Assembly: GCA_002269645.1 (NCBI GenBank)
Contig: NIVC01002960.1
Coordinates: forward strand, 1 to 64,000
Length of the DNA stretch: 64,000 bases
Reading direction: 5' to 3'
From: Macrostomum lignano
Lineage: Eukaryota
Shown here: positions 9,982 to 24,900 of the stretch, piece by piece
Layout: each line of letters begins with the position of its first letter
How positions within the stretch are numbered: the first letter of the stretch is position 1
Notes under the pieces: model-generated
Told to the model about the DNA's origin: nothing
The model's input: only the letters and a program-made list of their open reading frames with translations
Databases searched by the model: none
Program-made: the position numbers and the translations under genes

Positions 9982-12900
9982 ATGCGGTCTGCCCAGTCTG
10001 AGCTGGCGGCAGCGCTGCTCATCTGCCTCGCCGCTGGGTAAGAAGCTCAACAGCGAAGCCTCAGGAACAACTGAAATCCATTTAAAATTTAATATACGCT
10101 CGTAATAATCTTAATAAATACCGATCGAATATTTCTGTTCCAGATTGGTCAGCGGCCAAGGTCACATAAGTGAGTAATCGTTTTTACAAACTGAAGAACC
10201 TTGTTTTCTTCTTAGAAAATCCGTGACTTTCTTAAAAATCACCGCTAAGATCGACTGCGAGGATCAGTACAACCTCTTCCTGTGAGTGGGTCAGGGATGG
10301 GTCAAGTGGGTCGGGGATGGTTCAATGGGTAGGAATGGGTTAAGTAGGTCAAGGATAGGTCAAGTGGGTCAGGGATGGGTCAAGTAGCTCAGGGATGGGT
10401 CAAGTAGGTCAGGGATGGGTCAAGTGGGTTAGGGATGGGTCAATGGGTAGGGATGGGTTAAGTAGGTCAAGGATAGGTCAAGTGGGTCAGGGATGGGTCA
10501 AGTAGCTCAGGGATGGGTCAAGTAGCTCAGGGATGGGTCAAGTAGGTCAGGGATGGGTCAAGTGGGTTAGGGATGGGTCAAGTAGGTCAGGGATGGGTCA
10601 AGTGGGTTAGGGATGGGTCAAGTAGCTCAGGGATGGGTCAAGTAGGTCAGGGGTGGGTCAAGTGGGTTAGGGATGGGTCAAGTAGCTCAGGGATGGGTCA
10701 AGTAGGTCAGGGATGGGTCAAGTGGGTTAGGGATGGGTCAAGTAGCTCAGGGATGGGTCAAGTATGTCAGGGATGGGTCAAGTAGGTCAGGGATAGGTCA
10801 AGTGAGTCAGGGATGGGTCAAGTAGGTCAAGGATGGGTCAAGTAGGTCAGGGATGGGTCAAGTGGGTCAGGGATGGGTCAAGTAGGTCAGGGATGGGTCA
10901 AGTAGGTCAGGGATGGGTCAAGTGGTTCAGGGATGGGTCAAGTAGGTCAGGGATGGGTCAAGTGGGTCAGGGATGGGTCAATTGAGTCAGGGTGGGTCAA
11001 TCACAACCTCTTCCTGTGAGTGGGTCAAGGCTGGGTCAAATAAGTCAGGGATGGATCCTTTGGATTGGAAAAAACTCCGTTTTTGAAAAAATCACACTAC
11101 ACGTTAATGCAACGTTTGAATTGGACCTCGGCAATCTCTCAGCGAAGGAGTTGTTGAATATCTCGACGATCTTGAATGCACCATGAAACAGTACACGCGA
11201 TCAAGGCATCAAAACAAGTCCATGAGAGTAGCTGACGTGCAGGCGGAGCCCGCACTGCAGTCGCCTTGTTTGCCAGGGAGTTTATCGCCAACTTAACAAG
11301 CGCCGCAGACCCAACAAAGGCAGCAGTGACGGCTGCATTCAGAGTAATTTGAGTAATTTAGTAATTTATGACCCACAGCTCCGATAAGCGGCTGCCACGC
11401 CTGAAAAACTTTATTGCCCTCTGTCGAAAGACGAAATAAAAAAATATCTCGCATAAACAATTGCAAGCTGTTTGCAACTGAGCACAGCTTGCCTATCCAA
11501 GTCTGAGTCCCTCCCGAGCGTCTCCGCTGGCGCCACGGCTATCTGCATGACAGCCGGGCCCGACTGCTGACCCCAAAGGCAGGCTTGTCACCGCAGATAG
11601 CAGCAGCTCACCTATCTAATCTCCATTTCATTTTTACACTCTCTTTGAGCCACACGACTGGACCGAGTGCTGCGGGTTTGGAGCTGTTCGACCGCATTGC
11701 ATCGAAATAGAGATAGCTAGCCGGTTGCCATGGCAACTGTCTGCTCACTATCAGCCAGGCCCGGCTCTCACCTCGTACCCGCCCCGCCCTCGCCTGCTCA
11801 GGACCGCCCGTCACGGCCAAGCCTGGAGAATGCAAGCCACCCACTGTGCTCAACGCCGCTAAGATCGACTGCGAGGATCAGTACAACCTCTTCCTGTGAG
11901 TGGGTCAGGGGTGGGTCAAGTGGGTCAGGGATGGGTCAGTCGCAACCTCTTCCTGTGAGTGGGTCAGGTGGGTCAAGTGGGTCAGGGGTAGATCAAGTGA
12001 GTCAAGGTGTGTCAAGTAAGTTTGACTGAGGTGGGTCAACTGAGTCAAGAGTGGGTTAGGCGTGGGTCAAGTATGCAACACATCCTCTTTCAGTGAGTGG
12101 GTCAGAGCTGGGCAACCTGAAACCCAACCATCCGACCGCTGACCCAGTGAATGATAAAACCCTCGACCTTCTCTAACCTGAAGACATTCCCCCGCATCCG
12201 CAGTGACTGCACAATCGAGTGCAAGCAGGGCTACTGGTTCGAGAGCGAGAAGACCCGTGAGGAGGTCTCCTGCACACACTACGATCTGCAGTGGGACCGC
12301 GATGTTGGCGACTGCCTGCCAAGGTGCAGCCCCGGCTGCCGCAACGGCGGCGTCTGCGAAGCCCCCAACCAGTGCCGCTGCCCGCCCGGCTACGGAGGCC
12401 CGCTGTGCGAGATGGGTGAGCCGCTGGCTTCATGCACTGCTCTCTGTGGGCTTCTACTGGCTCTGAGTAGGCCAGCGAGCCTGTGGTTGCCGGTTTTCAT
12501 CTCCGAATATGAGCACCACTTTACTGACTGACCTTTATTGGGAACCTCAATCACCCGGACACTCAATGGGAACCTCAATCACCCGGACACTCAATGGGAA
12601 CTCAATCACACGGACACTCAATGGGAACTCAATCACCCGGACACACAATGGGAACCTCAATCACCCTGACTCAACGAATGCACGCCTCCTACAGTCATCG
12701 TCAGCAGCACGCGGGACCCGTACCCGGACCTAAGCAGCACGCCGGCCCCGCCGCTGCGCAACTCCACCTCCGCGTGGTGCTTCGTCTGGGGCGACTCCAG
12801 CTACAGGACCTTCGACGGGTCGCAGTTCGCCTTCTGCGGGCACTGCAGCTACCAGCTGTTCGCAGACCTACACGGCGACCAGTTCCAGGCCACGCTGCAC

Positions 12901-15900
12901 AACCCCGATGCCGGGTGCAACGCAACCGCCTGCTCCCGCCGGCTCACCATCCAGGTCGGCTCCGTCCGACTGGAGCTCAGCAACCGTCAGCGGCTGGACT
13001 ACTCGCTCAACTGCGGCCGGCACGACGTCTGCGCCAACCTGCGCAGCAGCAGCATGCCGTTCGCGGCCAGCAACTTGGAGGTGACACGGACAGGGCCCTG
13101 GGTGCTGGTGCGCAGCTCGCTAGGCTTCCAGATCCGCTGGGATGGCGGCATGTACGTTCAGGCAGAGCTGGACGGCCGCTACAAGCAGCGGACTGGCGGC
13201 CTTTGCGGTCGTTACAGCGACGATGTTAGGGACGACTTCACCACGCCGGGCGGCGATCTGGCGGCCACGCCTGAGGAGTTCGGCCGCAGCTGGGCGCTGC
13301 AGGACCGGGACGACGTCTGCCACCGGGGCAGCCGCTGTCCGTGAGTTCTTCTGGGGCTTTTAAATGTCAAAATTTATTGCAGGTGTTTGAAAATTTGTTA
13401 GTCTGAGGCAGAGACTCGCGCCTCGACTCCTGCTCCCATTCCGTGCGCGACCACATTGGTTTGCTGCTCGTGAACGACTATTGATCGGGGATTGCCGTGC
13501 GATCAATACCTATGAGGGTGAACTCCGAAGGCGCAGAGAGTGTACATGTTAGATATTAGAGGGAGTGGCTGTGTGCACCCTAGCGCACTCTAAGCGACAT
13601 TGTTACACAACCGGCGAGAGGCATTACTGCCCATTCTGTCCACTCCTCTGAGGCCTGAGCAGGCACACAAGCGCGCGAATACGTACGCAGTCATACGCAC
13701 AGGCACTCACTCACACGGGAGTGTACAGAGGCCCTAACTTTACTTATCTTTAGGCATGTAGACTTCACTGTGCCTTGGGGGTTGGCCCCTATATATAGTA
13801 TTATATGGCATTGCGACTATAAAAGTGCGGATCAATAATCTATTAGTTTTATTGATCTTTTGAATTTCTGTGCATCCAGAAGGTCAGGGCAAACGGTCTA
13901 GTGTTCCTATTACCTAAACGGTTTTTATGAGCCAACGCTTTCCTGGACCACGCCACAGGGACACTTGCCCGACGGACACTCGCGATCAGGCCAGGAGCAT
14001 GTGCCAGCGCCTGCTCCTGCAGGACAGCGCATTCAAGCACTGCCAGCGCGACGTGAGCGCCATAGACTACATCGAGGCCTGCGTCCGCGAGTTCTGCGAC
14101 TGCGACCCAGCCACGGCGGCCAACAGCCCGGAGAACTGCGTCTGCAACAGCCTGCAGGCATACGCTGAGCACTGCAAGATTGAGAAGCAGCAGCCCGTCA
14201 ACTGGCGAACTGACACGCGGTGCCGTAAGTATCGCTGAATGGGGACTTTTTCACGAACTGACAGAAACGTATTCTCAGATTTTGGTTATTGAGCTTCAAA
14301 TCACAGAGTGTATGTTTTGCATGCGTGGTATTTTAATGGGCCTAAGGTGATCATTTCCAATGCAACCATCCCGCAGCCTACAATTGTACCAATGGCCGGC
14401 AATACGACATCTGCGGCGAGAGCTGCAGCCGAACCTGCAACCAGCGGGTGACCAACTGCGACATGGAGTACTGCATCGAAGGCTGCGTCTGCCCTCGCGG
14501 ACAGCTGTGGGACGAGCACGGCCAGCGCTGCGTGGTGGAGCGGGACTGCCCCTGCGAGCACGGCGGGCAGTTCTATCCGCCAGGCTCCGAGCTGCGGCAG
14601 GCCTGCCAGCTCTGCCGTTGCCAAGGCGACTGGGTCTGCCAGGATGAGCAGTGCCTGGCGGTGTGCCACGCTGTCGGTGATATTCACTACCAGACTTTTG
14701 ACGGGAGAGATTACTCGTCCAATGTGAGTTGACCGCCCTTTGGTTCAGCAGGAAGTGTAGTGGTGTTGATTTTTGTACTCATCAGCACTGATTCAGTTAA
14801 TATTTTATTGCATTGTGTGGCTATAGAGCCCAACTGACATGCGTATTTGCTCAAGCCAGAATGTTTATTGCGCAACTATAACTCCAACTATAATTTAGAA
14901 TTTTATGCTACAATGTAGTAACATAATATAACAAACAAGAGTCAGTACTCGTTGCTCCACTCTGGAAATTCATTGTTGACAGAGTGGACTCCCCAATGTT
15001 GAAAGTGTAAACTCCGTTGACTCCTCCACCAAGAAGCGTCCCAGAGTCTCTTGCGTCGCCCCAGAGACGTTTTGAGAGTCGTTGCTGGTAACACAGGAAA
15101 AAAAGGAAAGTGACACTAGACGCCTCTACAATAACGGGAGGTCACGGTACAAGTTGCCAAAAATTAATCAAAGAGTCGCCTAAGAGTAAATTTGAGGCGT
15201 TTTACTGTCTGCGACTCTGAAACGACTCTGGGGCGCTTCTGTAATTACTCTGGGGCCGCAGAGTCGGATCGCGGCTCTAAAAATTATTTTCAACTCACGC
15301 GATGCACTCGTGACTCAACAGCCGCCTCTGCGTCGAATTGCAGCTGTTTGAGTCGTTAAAAAGTCACAAGAATCGCCCCAGAGTCGCTAGTCACTAGTGA
15401 GTTGCCCTACTACACTACACTACTACCCTACTGCACTACTGCGTACCCAGTGGAGTTCCAACCCGTACCAGCAGTCATTCCACAACTGCCTGGTGCTGTC
15501 TTCGCTAGGGTGCCTAACGATTTTACGTTCGTAGTCAATGGCAATTGAAGAAAATTCGAATAGTCCAACCAAAATTTACGTCTAAACTCCAAATTCCACA
15601 GGCGAAGTGCACCTTTCGCATGGTCGAAGCCGAAATTGCGAACTCCTCGCTTAGCATTGACGTCACCAACCAGCAGTGCAGCTTCAGCTCCAAGGTCGCC
15701 TGCGTTGGTTCCGTAGACATTCGGCGCGGCTCCGAAAGAATTTTTGTCAATAGAGACATCTCATCGGAGTTCAGCCTCATGATTAATTCCCACACGTTTG
15801 ACAGCAGCAAGGCTTACTTTGAGTCCAAAGAATTTGCCGTGTTCGTCATGCAAAATGCCGTAGTGGTGAGTGAATATTGGAAAGTTTTCTTAATCCCGAA

Positions 15901-18900
15901 GCAAAGTTCCTCTTTATAATGTCGATACATGGCTGCAAAGTTTTTGCCCTCAAAGACCTGCAAGATTTTCCCAACTAAGACACGATTCATCATGCATGTT
16001 CGAGTACATAGTACCTCCTGTGTTCAAGACTGTCAGATCGTGAGCGCTATCTTAACCTTGGTCTGTTTTTCAAACTGAGTCTGATCTACACATATGAAGA
16101 CTTTAAGAAGCTAAATTTAAGTGGAATTCTCAGATATAACTTGTTTTATCAGGCTTCTATCAAAATGTTTTATCAGTCTATATAATAGAACGCGTCAAGG
16201 CTGACTTCAATGAAGCAACTGGTCCTTACCGGTCATTCGGCCCATTCTTGTCCACAGGTGAAGCCCAGAGGCGGTCCCGTCATTGCTGTCACCCGCCGCG
16301 GTCAGCTGTACGTCCACGCTGCCACCGACCTTAAGGGTCGCCGATTGCGCGGCCTCTGCGGTACCTACGATGGCAACAAAAACACCGACTTCCTGAAGCC
16401 CGATGGTGACATTGACGACGTGCCAACAAGCTTCATGCGCTCTTGGAAGCAGGAAAAAACCTGCAAAGACAACGCCGAGGTTGAGGTGCCAAACAGCTGC
16501 GACCTGAACCCTGCGCGCTATCAACAGGTGCAGACGCTTTGCCGAGAAATGAGAGACAAGCTAATCGGCGGCCTATTCGGCAACTGCCTTAGCGGGGGGA
16601 GCGCGAGCACTTCGCACAGATGTGCCAGAGCGACCTGTGCGCCTGCACCAAATCTGACGAAAGCTGTCTGTGCGGCCTGTACAACCACATCGGCCACATG
16701 TGCTCTGCCAGGAAGATTGTTGTCGACTGGAAGAAAGAGCTGCCAGAATGCGGTAGGTCACTTTCGATTTTGAAAGCCGGTTAATACCCCATTTGCAACC
16801 CGTCCAGACGGACGGGAATATTTCGTATCGTTTATCAGCTACTGGCACTGAATACCCATTAATTTTGCAGGCGCCAGCTGCCCCAGCGGCATGGTCTGGA
16901 AGCCGTGCGTAGACTACTGCAAGTACTCATGCTCGGCTCTGAGCCTTGGCAACCGTTGCGACTCTTCGGACGTCTGCGTTGCCGGTTGCGTCTGTCCTAA
17001 CGGCCAGGTGCAGCACGAGGGTCGCTGCGTCAGCGTCAGCGAGTGCAAGTGCGAGTTCGACGGACGCGATTTCCCACCGGGAACGTCTGTTAGCAAGGGA
17101 AACGAGACATGGTGAGTGGATAGAAACTTAAAATGTGTTTGGTACTGTCAAGAACGACTTGTCCCAAACTGATAGCACTGAAGACAATTGGTCAAACCCA
17201 AGCAATTCTGTAGTAAAGCCCGCTTTTGCCCATCCTGCAGTGAATGCAATTACGGCGAGTGGCACTGCAAGCCCGGGCCGTGTCCCGGCTGCGATTCCAT
17301 CTGCCCTCAGGGCAAAGAGTACACTCCGTGCCGGTCCAACTGCCCGGCAACCTGTGCCACGGGACTTGGCGGAGTCGGCTGTAACCAGACTTGCGACCGC
17401 GACGGCTGCCAATGCCCCCCAGGCATGGTTGAAGATGACAAAGGAGAGTGCAAACGGCCTGAAGACTGCACCTGCTCTCACAATGGCAAGGATTATAAAG
17501 AGGGCGATGTCATCCAGCATCCATCATGCATTGATTGGTGAGCTTGTTAAGTATAAGCTACTGTCTCCACTCGGACTCTGAGAGTTGTATCCTTGTCAAT
17601 TTTCACTCCAACGCAAACTTCCGAATTTTAGTGTCTGCAAACGGTCCAAGTGGGACTGCAACAGACGGCCCAGCTGCGCCTCCATGTGCAGCGTGTGGGG
17701 CCTCGGCCACTTTGAAACCTTCGACGGCGCCCAATACAGCGTAAAGGGCCGTTGCGAATACGTGCTGACTCAGTCAGCTGACTGGGAGGCAGGGGGCAGC
17801 ATCGACCGGATGCGCTTCAGAATTCTGGCTAGCTTCACCAGCTGCAGCACCTCGGGCGCAACGTGCATTGGCTACGTGATGGTGCAATACAAGCTGGCTA
17901 AATCATTCCTCCTCAAGTCATTCGCCATGCGCTCGCGCAACATGATCTGGGAAGACGCGCAGAGCAGTATCACTCACGACCACGGCACAGTGCTTCGTCA
18001 TACGACGGACAAGCTGTTCAGCATCGTGCACCTCGTAGACATAGGCGTGACTGTGTACTTTGACCAGCAGAGCAGGGTCTATATATCTTTGGATGATCGC
18101 CATCGCGAAAATGTTCGAGGTCTGTGCGGAACATTCGACAATGACCAGAAAACGGACTTTGTGGGCCCAGCTTCCAACATGATCATCGACCGGGTCCCAG
18201 AGTTTGTTGACAAGTGGAAGACACGAGCGGCCTGTCCCAACGCGGAGCTGCTGGTTGACAATTGCGATGCGGTCAAGGATAGAGAGACCTGGGCTAAAAC
18301 CAGATGCAAGGAGGTTCTACTCGACCATGTTAACATCAGCAAGTGTCACGCAATGGTTGACCCAATGCCTTTTTACGAAAACTGCGTGCAGGACTCCTGC
18401 CTGTGCGATAAGGGAGGCGACTGCGAGTGCTTCTGCGCCAATGTCGCTCACTATGTGCAGAAGTGCAACCAAGTTGGGGTGCACGTGCACTGGCGAAGCC
18501 AGACTATCTGTCCGATGCAGTGCGACGAAGACTGTGACCATGTCACTCCATGTAAATCGGTTTGCCCACCCAAGACGTGTTTGAATAAGGACAGACACGA
18601 CGAACTGTTGCGGGACACCGCCTGCCAGGACTTGATGTGCATCGAGGGTTGCGAGTCGGAGCCCTGCCCGCCTGGAACAGTGCTGCATGAAGGCAAATGC
18701 GTTAACGAAAGCATCTGCGAGTGCACCTGCCGTTTCAACGGCCGAGACTATGGAGAGGGCGAGCGCATCACAGATCCCGAAGTTTGCGACCCGTGCCAAA
18801 ACTGCTTCTGCGGCTGCAATAACACCCTTGTAAAAACAGGAGATCCCTGTACAACGAGCGGCCCCTCTACTGTGTCTACAGCTACCCCGGCTACTCCGTT

Positions 18901-21900
18901 TCCGCCTCTCTGTGACACCACTGGTTGGACTCGGTGGATGAACGCTTCGTCTCCAATCTCCGGCGACGGTGACTACGAAATAATTCCGAATCTCCGTCGT
19001 CACTATCAATTCTGCGAGGTCGATGATATTTCCAAGGTAGACTACAAAGCACTGGAGCCTGTGGACCCGGCTGAGGTTGACAAACAGGTAAAGCAAATTG
19101 GCAAGTCAGTCGGTCTTGTCTGCAAGAACAGTCAGCAAATTGCTCACGCTCGCTGCTTTGACTATGCGGTTCGATTCTACTGTGTCTGCGGCGTTACAAG
19201 CCCAACCTCGAGTTCGCCTCCTGAAAGTTCCAGCACGCCTAGCACAACTAAGTCCACCTGGTCAACGTGGAGCACTTTTACTGCGTCTACAACAGAATCC
19301 ATCTGGTCAACGTTGAGTACTCGTACTTCTACTTCACCTACAACAGAATCTACCTGGCCAAGGTGGAATACGTCAACGCCGCAGCCATCGACAACAACAG
19401 CTACTGAAGGCACTACAACTCCGCAAGGAGCCTGCGAGGACGGTTGGACTCAGTGGATAAATATTAACAAGCCAACCACTGGTCTGCAAGGGGGCGAGTC
19501 AGAATCTCTGCCGGAGATCGAGAGGCAACTTGGAAAAATTTGTGCAGGCGGCAAAATCGAGCAAATACAGTGCCGGGATGTGTCCGTGCACAGGCAGAAC
19601 ATTGGTTACAACACTCAGTTTGGCCAGTGCTCGCTGGCCAATGGCCTTCGTTGCCTGAACAAAGACCAAGCCGGACTATCCAGCACCAAGCAGTGCTACG
19701 ATTATGAAGTTCGATTCTTCTGCAGGTGCTCTCCGAACGTTTGCCCGCCACCGACTGTGGAAAGAGGCATTGTCTGGGAGCTGCCCGACTCCGCCTTTGC
19801 AGCCAGCAGTTTCCGAGGCAAGGACCCGATGCACGGCCCGCAGCGAGCCAGGATCAACACCAAGAAGGACAGCTCTGGCTATGGCGCTTGGACGGCAGAC
19901 ACGAAGGATTCGACACCGTGGATTGAAGTTCAAGTGCCCGAAGCCCTGCAGTTTGTTGGACTGCGCACTCAAGGCCGCCAGGATATGCACCAGTTCGTCA
20001 ACGAATTCACCGTGGAAGTCAGCGAGGACTGCAGAAATTTCCAACCTATCCTGGGAGGCAAGGTAAATAAAAAATGCAAAAAATTTCGGCTAGCACTTTT
20101 GTATCTAGAAATTACACTTTCAGCCTTGATTTATTGATATTTATATCCAGGGGAAATTTCTCGACCTAATTAGCGCAACCAACGGCATCGCGTGTTGCTT
20201 GTTGATGTAAATATATCCATAAAGTTAAAGTTTATTCGACATAATTCTTAGTGAAAATTTCTGCCCCTGATATTTCACTCCAGCCACTCGACGCCAACGT
20301 AGATCAGAACATGGCCGTGACCAACTACTTCTCGAGAGACTTGCAGACGGTCACGGCAAAGTGCATTCGGCTGCACCCGAAGCGATTCTACGGATCGGCC
20401 AGCGTCAGGTTGGACCTCATCCAGTGCGGTGAGTGAAGCTCAAATTAAAGCTGCAGTTGAACTATAAATACAATTTTTTAAGCAAATGCTGACATCATTT
20501 CGCTTTAGAGACCAGATCCACGCCGACAGAGCTGCCGACCACAACAGCCAGCAGCAGCATCAGTCCCACAACATCCTGTTACTATGACGACTGCGCAATG
20601 AAATGCACACTCATCTGCCACTACTTCGACTCCAAGCTGAAAGAGATCGGCTACTGCAGCAGCAACTCCTCCAACTGCGTTCCCGGCTGCAAGACAATTG
20701 ACTGCCCGGATGGCTTCTACAAAAGCAGGGACGAGTGCGTCAGAGAGGAACAGTGCCCCTGCATGGATGACCAGGGAAGAGAAGTGCCGCCAGGGACAAT
20801 CTGGGACGTTGAGGAGTGCAAATACAAAATCTGCCGCAACAACACAGTGGAGCAGGTCATAATTCCTGGCTGTGAGCCGAGCACCACAGCCTTCACGCCA
20901 CAAAACAATAGGACGAGGCCATATACACCTTCCGCAACGCCCAGAACTTCTACCGTCTGTGAGGAGTGGACCGACTGGATCAACCTCGACAACCCGTCTA
21001 CCGGTGAGGGCGACATCGAGACCATCGACAAGGCCAGAGACCGCTGGCCCGGATTCTGTCCGCAGCCAATCAGCATCCAGTGCAGAGACTCCGACAGCAA
21101 GAAGGACGTCACCGACATTCCTCAGGAGCTCATCTGCGATGTGAACCAGGGCCTTGTGTGCAAGAACGAGCACCAGTACCCGACCAAGTGCCTTGACTTC
21201 GAGGTCCGCTACTTCTGCGAGTGCTTTGGTGAGCTTTTACGTTTTATCCTCGACTTTTGTTTGCATGCTGTAAGTCTGAAGGTTTTGATATCTCGAGGGA
21301 AATTGTCCTCAGTGAAATTATTTTCAGCTGCTCTTCATTCCAAGCGGGCCTTTACCAGTATAAGAAAAAATTAGAATTTCAAAAAAATCGAATATGTGAG
21401 AAAAGAAGCATTTTTGCAGATACGTATAGCTTTTTAGGAGTTTGAATCACGGCGAACACTTTGGTGGGTTTTATGTGAGCGTTTTTTGCATTTTGCGTAG
21501 TTTGATGTTTTAAAAATATAGTACTGCTTTGTACGCTCGTAGATGTGAAAACAACAGAGCTATCGCGCGAGGAAGAACTGCTGGTACAGACACTCATCTG
21601 TATCATTCTCGCCTTACAGATTTCCGCACACAACCTACCAGACCAACTGAAAATAGCTCTACATCCTCAAGACTACCAGAGGAGAGCACCACATCGCCAA
21701 GAGCACCAGAGGAGAGCACCACATCGCCAAGAGCACCAGAGGAGAGCACCACATCGCCAAGAGGACCAGAGGAGAGCACCACATCGCCAAGAGCACCAGA
21801 GGAGAGCTCTACATCGCCAAGAGGACCAGAGGAGAGCTCTACATCGCCAAGAGCACCAGAGGAAAGCACCACATCGCCAAGAGCACCAGAGGAGAGCTCT

Positions 21901-24900
21901 ACATCCTCAAGAGTACCAGAGGAGAGCACCACATCGCCAAGAGCACCAGAGGAGAGCTCACCATCCAAAGCCACTGGATTAACTGGTTTTACCACGACAC
22001 CCGAGCGAGAAGGCCCCTCTCCAACTACATCCGTCTGCGAGGAGTGGACCCCATGGATAAACCTTGACCGGCCCAGCACAGGCCATGGCGACGTGGAGAC
22101 CATGGAGAAGGCCAGACGCAAATGGCCGAACTTCTGTCCAAAGCCAATGAAAATCCAGTGCAGAGACGCAGGCAGCAAGATTTCAGTTGACCAGGTGTCT
22201 CAGGAGCTGCTCTGCGATCTGGAGCACGGCCTGCTGTGCATCAATGAGAACCAGTACCCGAACAACTGCAACGACTATGAAATCCGATTCTACTGCGACT
22301 GCTACGGTGAGTCCAACCAGTGCCAATGTGTTGAGAGTTGCAACTCCGACCAGTGTTTTTTCAACTCCAATCTCAATTACAATACCTTGAATAATTTTTA
22401 TCATTCTGGCTACAGTTCAACAGCGCTCTGAGTCGCTATCAATTAGAGAGGCGTAGACAAAATATTTTTATCTACTCGTTTCAAAGGCTGATAAAGAGGT
22501 ATTGATAGTTAACTTACCGACCAAGTATTTGATCAGATAAGCACGCAGTGTAATATACAGAGTGCCGGCCTCATGGCAAGGCTCTGTGCGCGCTGATTGT
22601 CTCACTGAATGCTCAGGTTTTGAGCAGCACATATAAAATTTCATTAAAAACCCAAAACATTCTTGTTATAACATTCGGGCATGCCACAATATATGAGCGT
22701 AAATTTAGATTAATCACTCTCCCCTCTTCACTGCGGTCCAAATCTGTCCCTACTCATAGGATAAGTAGTAGAATTCGCATGTTTAAAGACAATTTCTCTC
22801 GAGTGCGTAAAAAATTAAATTGGAAGGAAGGAAACTCGTGTGCCTGTTCATGGGCTGGCACAGGCCTGCCTGTTCATGGGCTGGCACACGCCTGCCTGTT
22901 CATGGGCTGGCACACGCCTGCCTGTTCATGGGCTGGCACAGGCCTGCCTGTTCATGGGCTGGCACACGCCTGCCTGTTCATGGGCTGGCACAGGCCTGCC
23001 TGTTCATGGGCTGGCACACGCCTGCCTGTTCATGGGCTGGCACAGGCCTGTCTGTTCATGGGCTGGCACAGGCCTGCCTGTTCATGGGCTGGCACAGGCC
23101 TGCCTGTTCATGGGCTGGCACACGCCTGCCTGTTCATGGGCTGGCACAGGCCTGCCTGTTCATGGGCTGGCACACGCCTGCCTGTTCATGGGCTGGCACA
23201 GGCCTGTCTGTTCATGGGCTGGCACAGGCCTGTCTGTTCATGGGCTGGCACAGGCCTGCCTGTTCATGGGCTGGCACACGCCTGCCTGTTCATGGGCTGG
23301 CACACGCCTGCCTGTTCATGGGCTGGCACAGGCCTGCCTGTTCATGGGCTGGCACAGGCCTGCCTGTTCATGGGCTGGCACAGGCCTGCCTGTTCATGGG
23401 CTGGCACACGCCTGCCTGATCATGGGCTGGCACAGGCCTGTCTGTTCATGGGCTGGCACTCGCCTGTTCATGGGTTGGCACAGGTCTGCCTGATCATGGG
23501 CTGGCACAGGTCTGCCTGTTCATGGGCTGGCACAGGCCTGCCTGTTCATGGGCTGGCACAGGCCTGCCTGTTCATGGGCTGGCACAGGCCTGCCTGTTCA
23601 TGGGCTGGCACACGCCTGCCTGTTCAACTGGGCCTTTTAAAGACTAAAATTTCTACAGTTCTCCAAGTTTCTAAAGGTTTTAGAGGGCTTTCTACAGTTT
23701 ATTAAGAAAAAAAATGATTAAAGTACCTGTAAAATATGATTTGTGAAGTGATTAATCCAGTTAATACATCATCTGTGAGGCGCACTTCTAAATACCGTGA
23801 ATTAGATCTGACTAGATTCACAAACATCAGGTTCCAATACAGATGAAGCCTCGCATTGGGCTCCAATCTTGTAGATTAGAGTTCCTCCAAAAGATTGCTG
23901 CGAGAACACCTTGAAATTTACATGAGCTGAACTGGGCAGCTTCGTTATGAACGCCAAGCCAAGAAAAAATACCGCGTAATATTCTACTTCTAATCCTTCT
24001 TGAAAGTAATCACAAAAATAGATTCAATAGCAAATATGAGTAAATATTCTGATTAAAAATCTAAGTTAAACATTTTACAAAGTTACATACTCGTAATGAT
24101 CGGGTAAATTTTAAGGCCCAACAATACTTTAAAATTTTCAGAAAAAGATATTTCAACATCACCGTCTCAGTCACCGGAAACTCCGAGCCCGAGAACTCCG
24201 TCTGAAGCACCGGAAACTCCGAGCCCGAGAACTCCGTCTCAATCTCCAGAGACTCCGAGCCCGAGAACTCCGTCTCAATCTCCAGAGACTCCGAGCCCGA
24301 GAACTCCGTCTCAGTCTCCAGAGACTCCGAGCCCGAGAACTCCGTCTCAGTCTCCAGAGACTCCGAGCCCGAGAACTCCGTCTCAGTCTCCAGAGACTCC
24401 GAGCCCGAGAACTCCGTCTCAGTCTCCAGAGACTCCGAGCCCGAGAACTCCGTCTCAATCTCCAGAGACTCCGAGCCCGAGAACTCCGTCTCAATCTCCA
24501 GAGACTCCGAGCCCGAGAACTCCGTCTCAGTCTCCAGAGACTCCGAGCCCGAGAACTCCGTCTCAGTCTCCAGAGACTCCGAGCCCGAGAACTCCGTCTC
24601 AGTCTCCAGAGACTCCGAGCCCGAGAACTCCGTCTCAGTCGCCAGAGACTCCGAGTCCGAGAACTCCGTCTCAGTCGCCAGAGACTCCGAGCCCACGAAC
24701 TCCGTCTCAGTCTCCAGAGACTCCGAGCCCGAGAACTCCGTCTGAAGCACCGGAAACTCCGAGCCCGAGAACTCCGTCTCAATCTCCAGAGACTCCGAGC
24801 CCGAGAACTCCGTCTCAATCTCCAGAGACTCCGAGCCCGAGAACTCCGTCTCAGTCTCCAGAGACTCCGAGCCCGAGAACTCCGTCTCAGTCTCCAGAGA

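Noticed and set aside
13400-13800. Hammerhead ribozyme in the dispersed repeat
   Set aside because: No CUGANGA...GAAA core found on either strand
22620-23705. 361-aa Cys/Trp/His-rich repeat ORF
   Set aside because: Intronic 24-bp minisatellite that is open in all three frames
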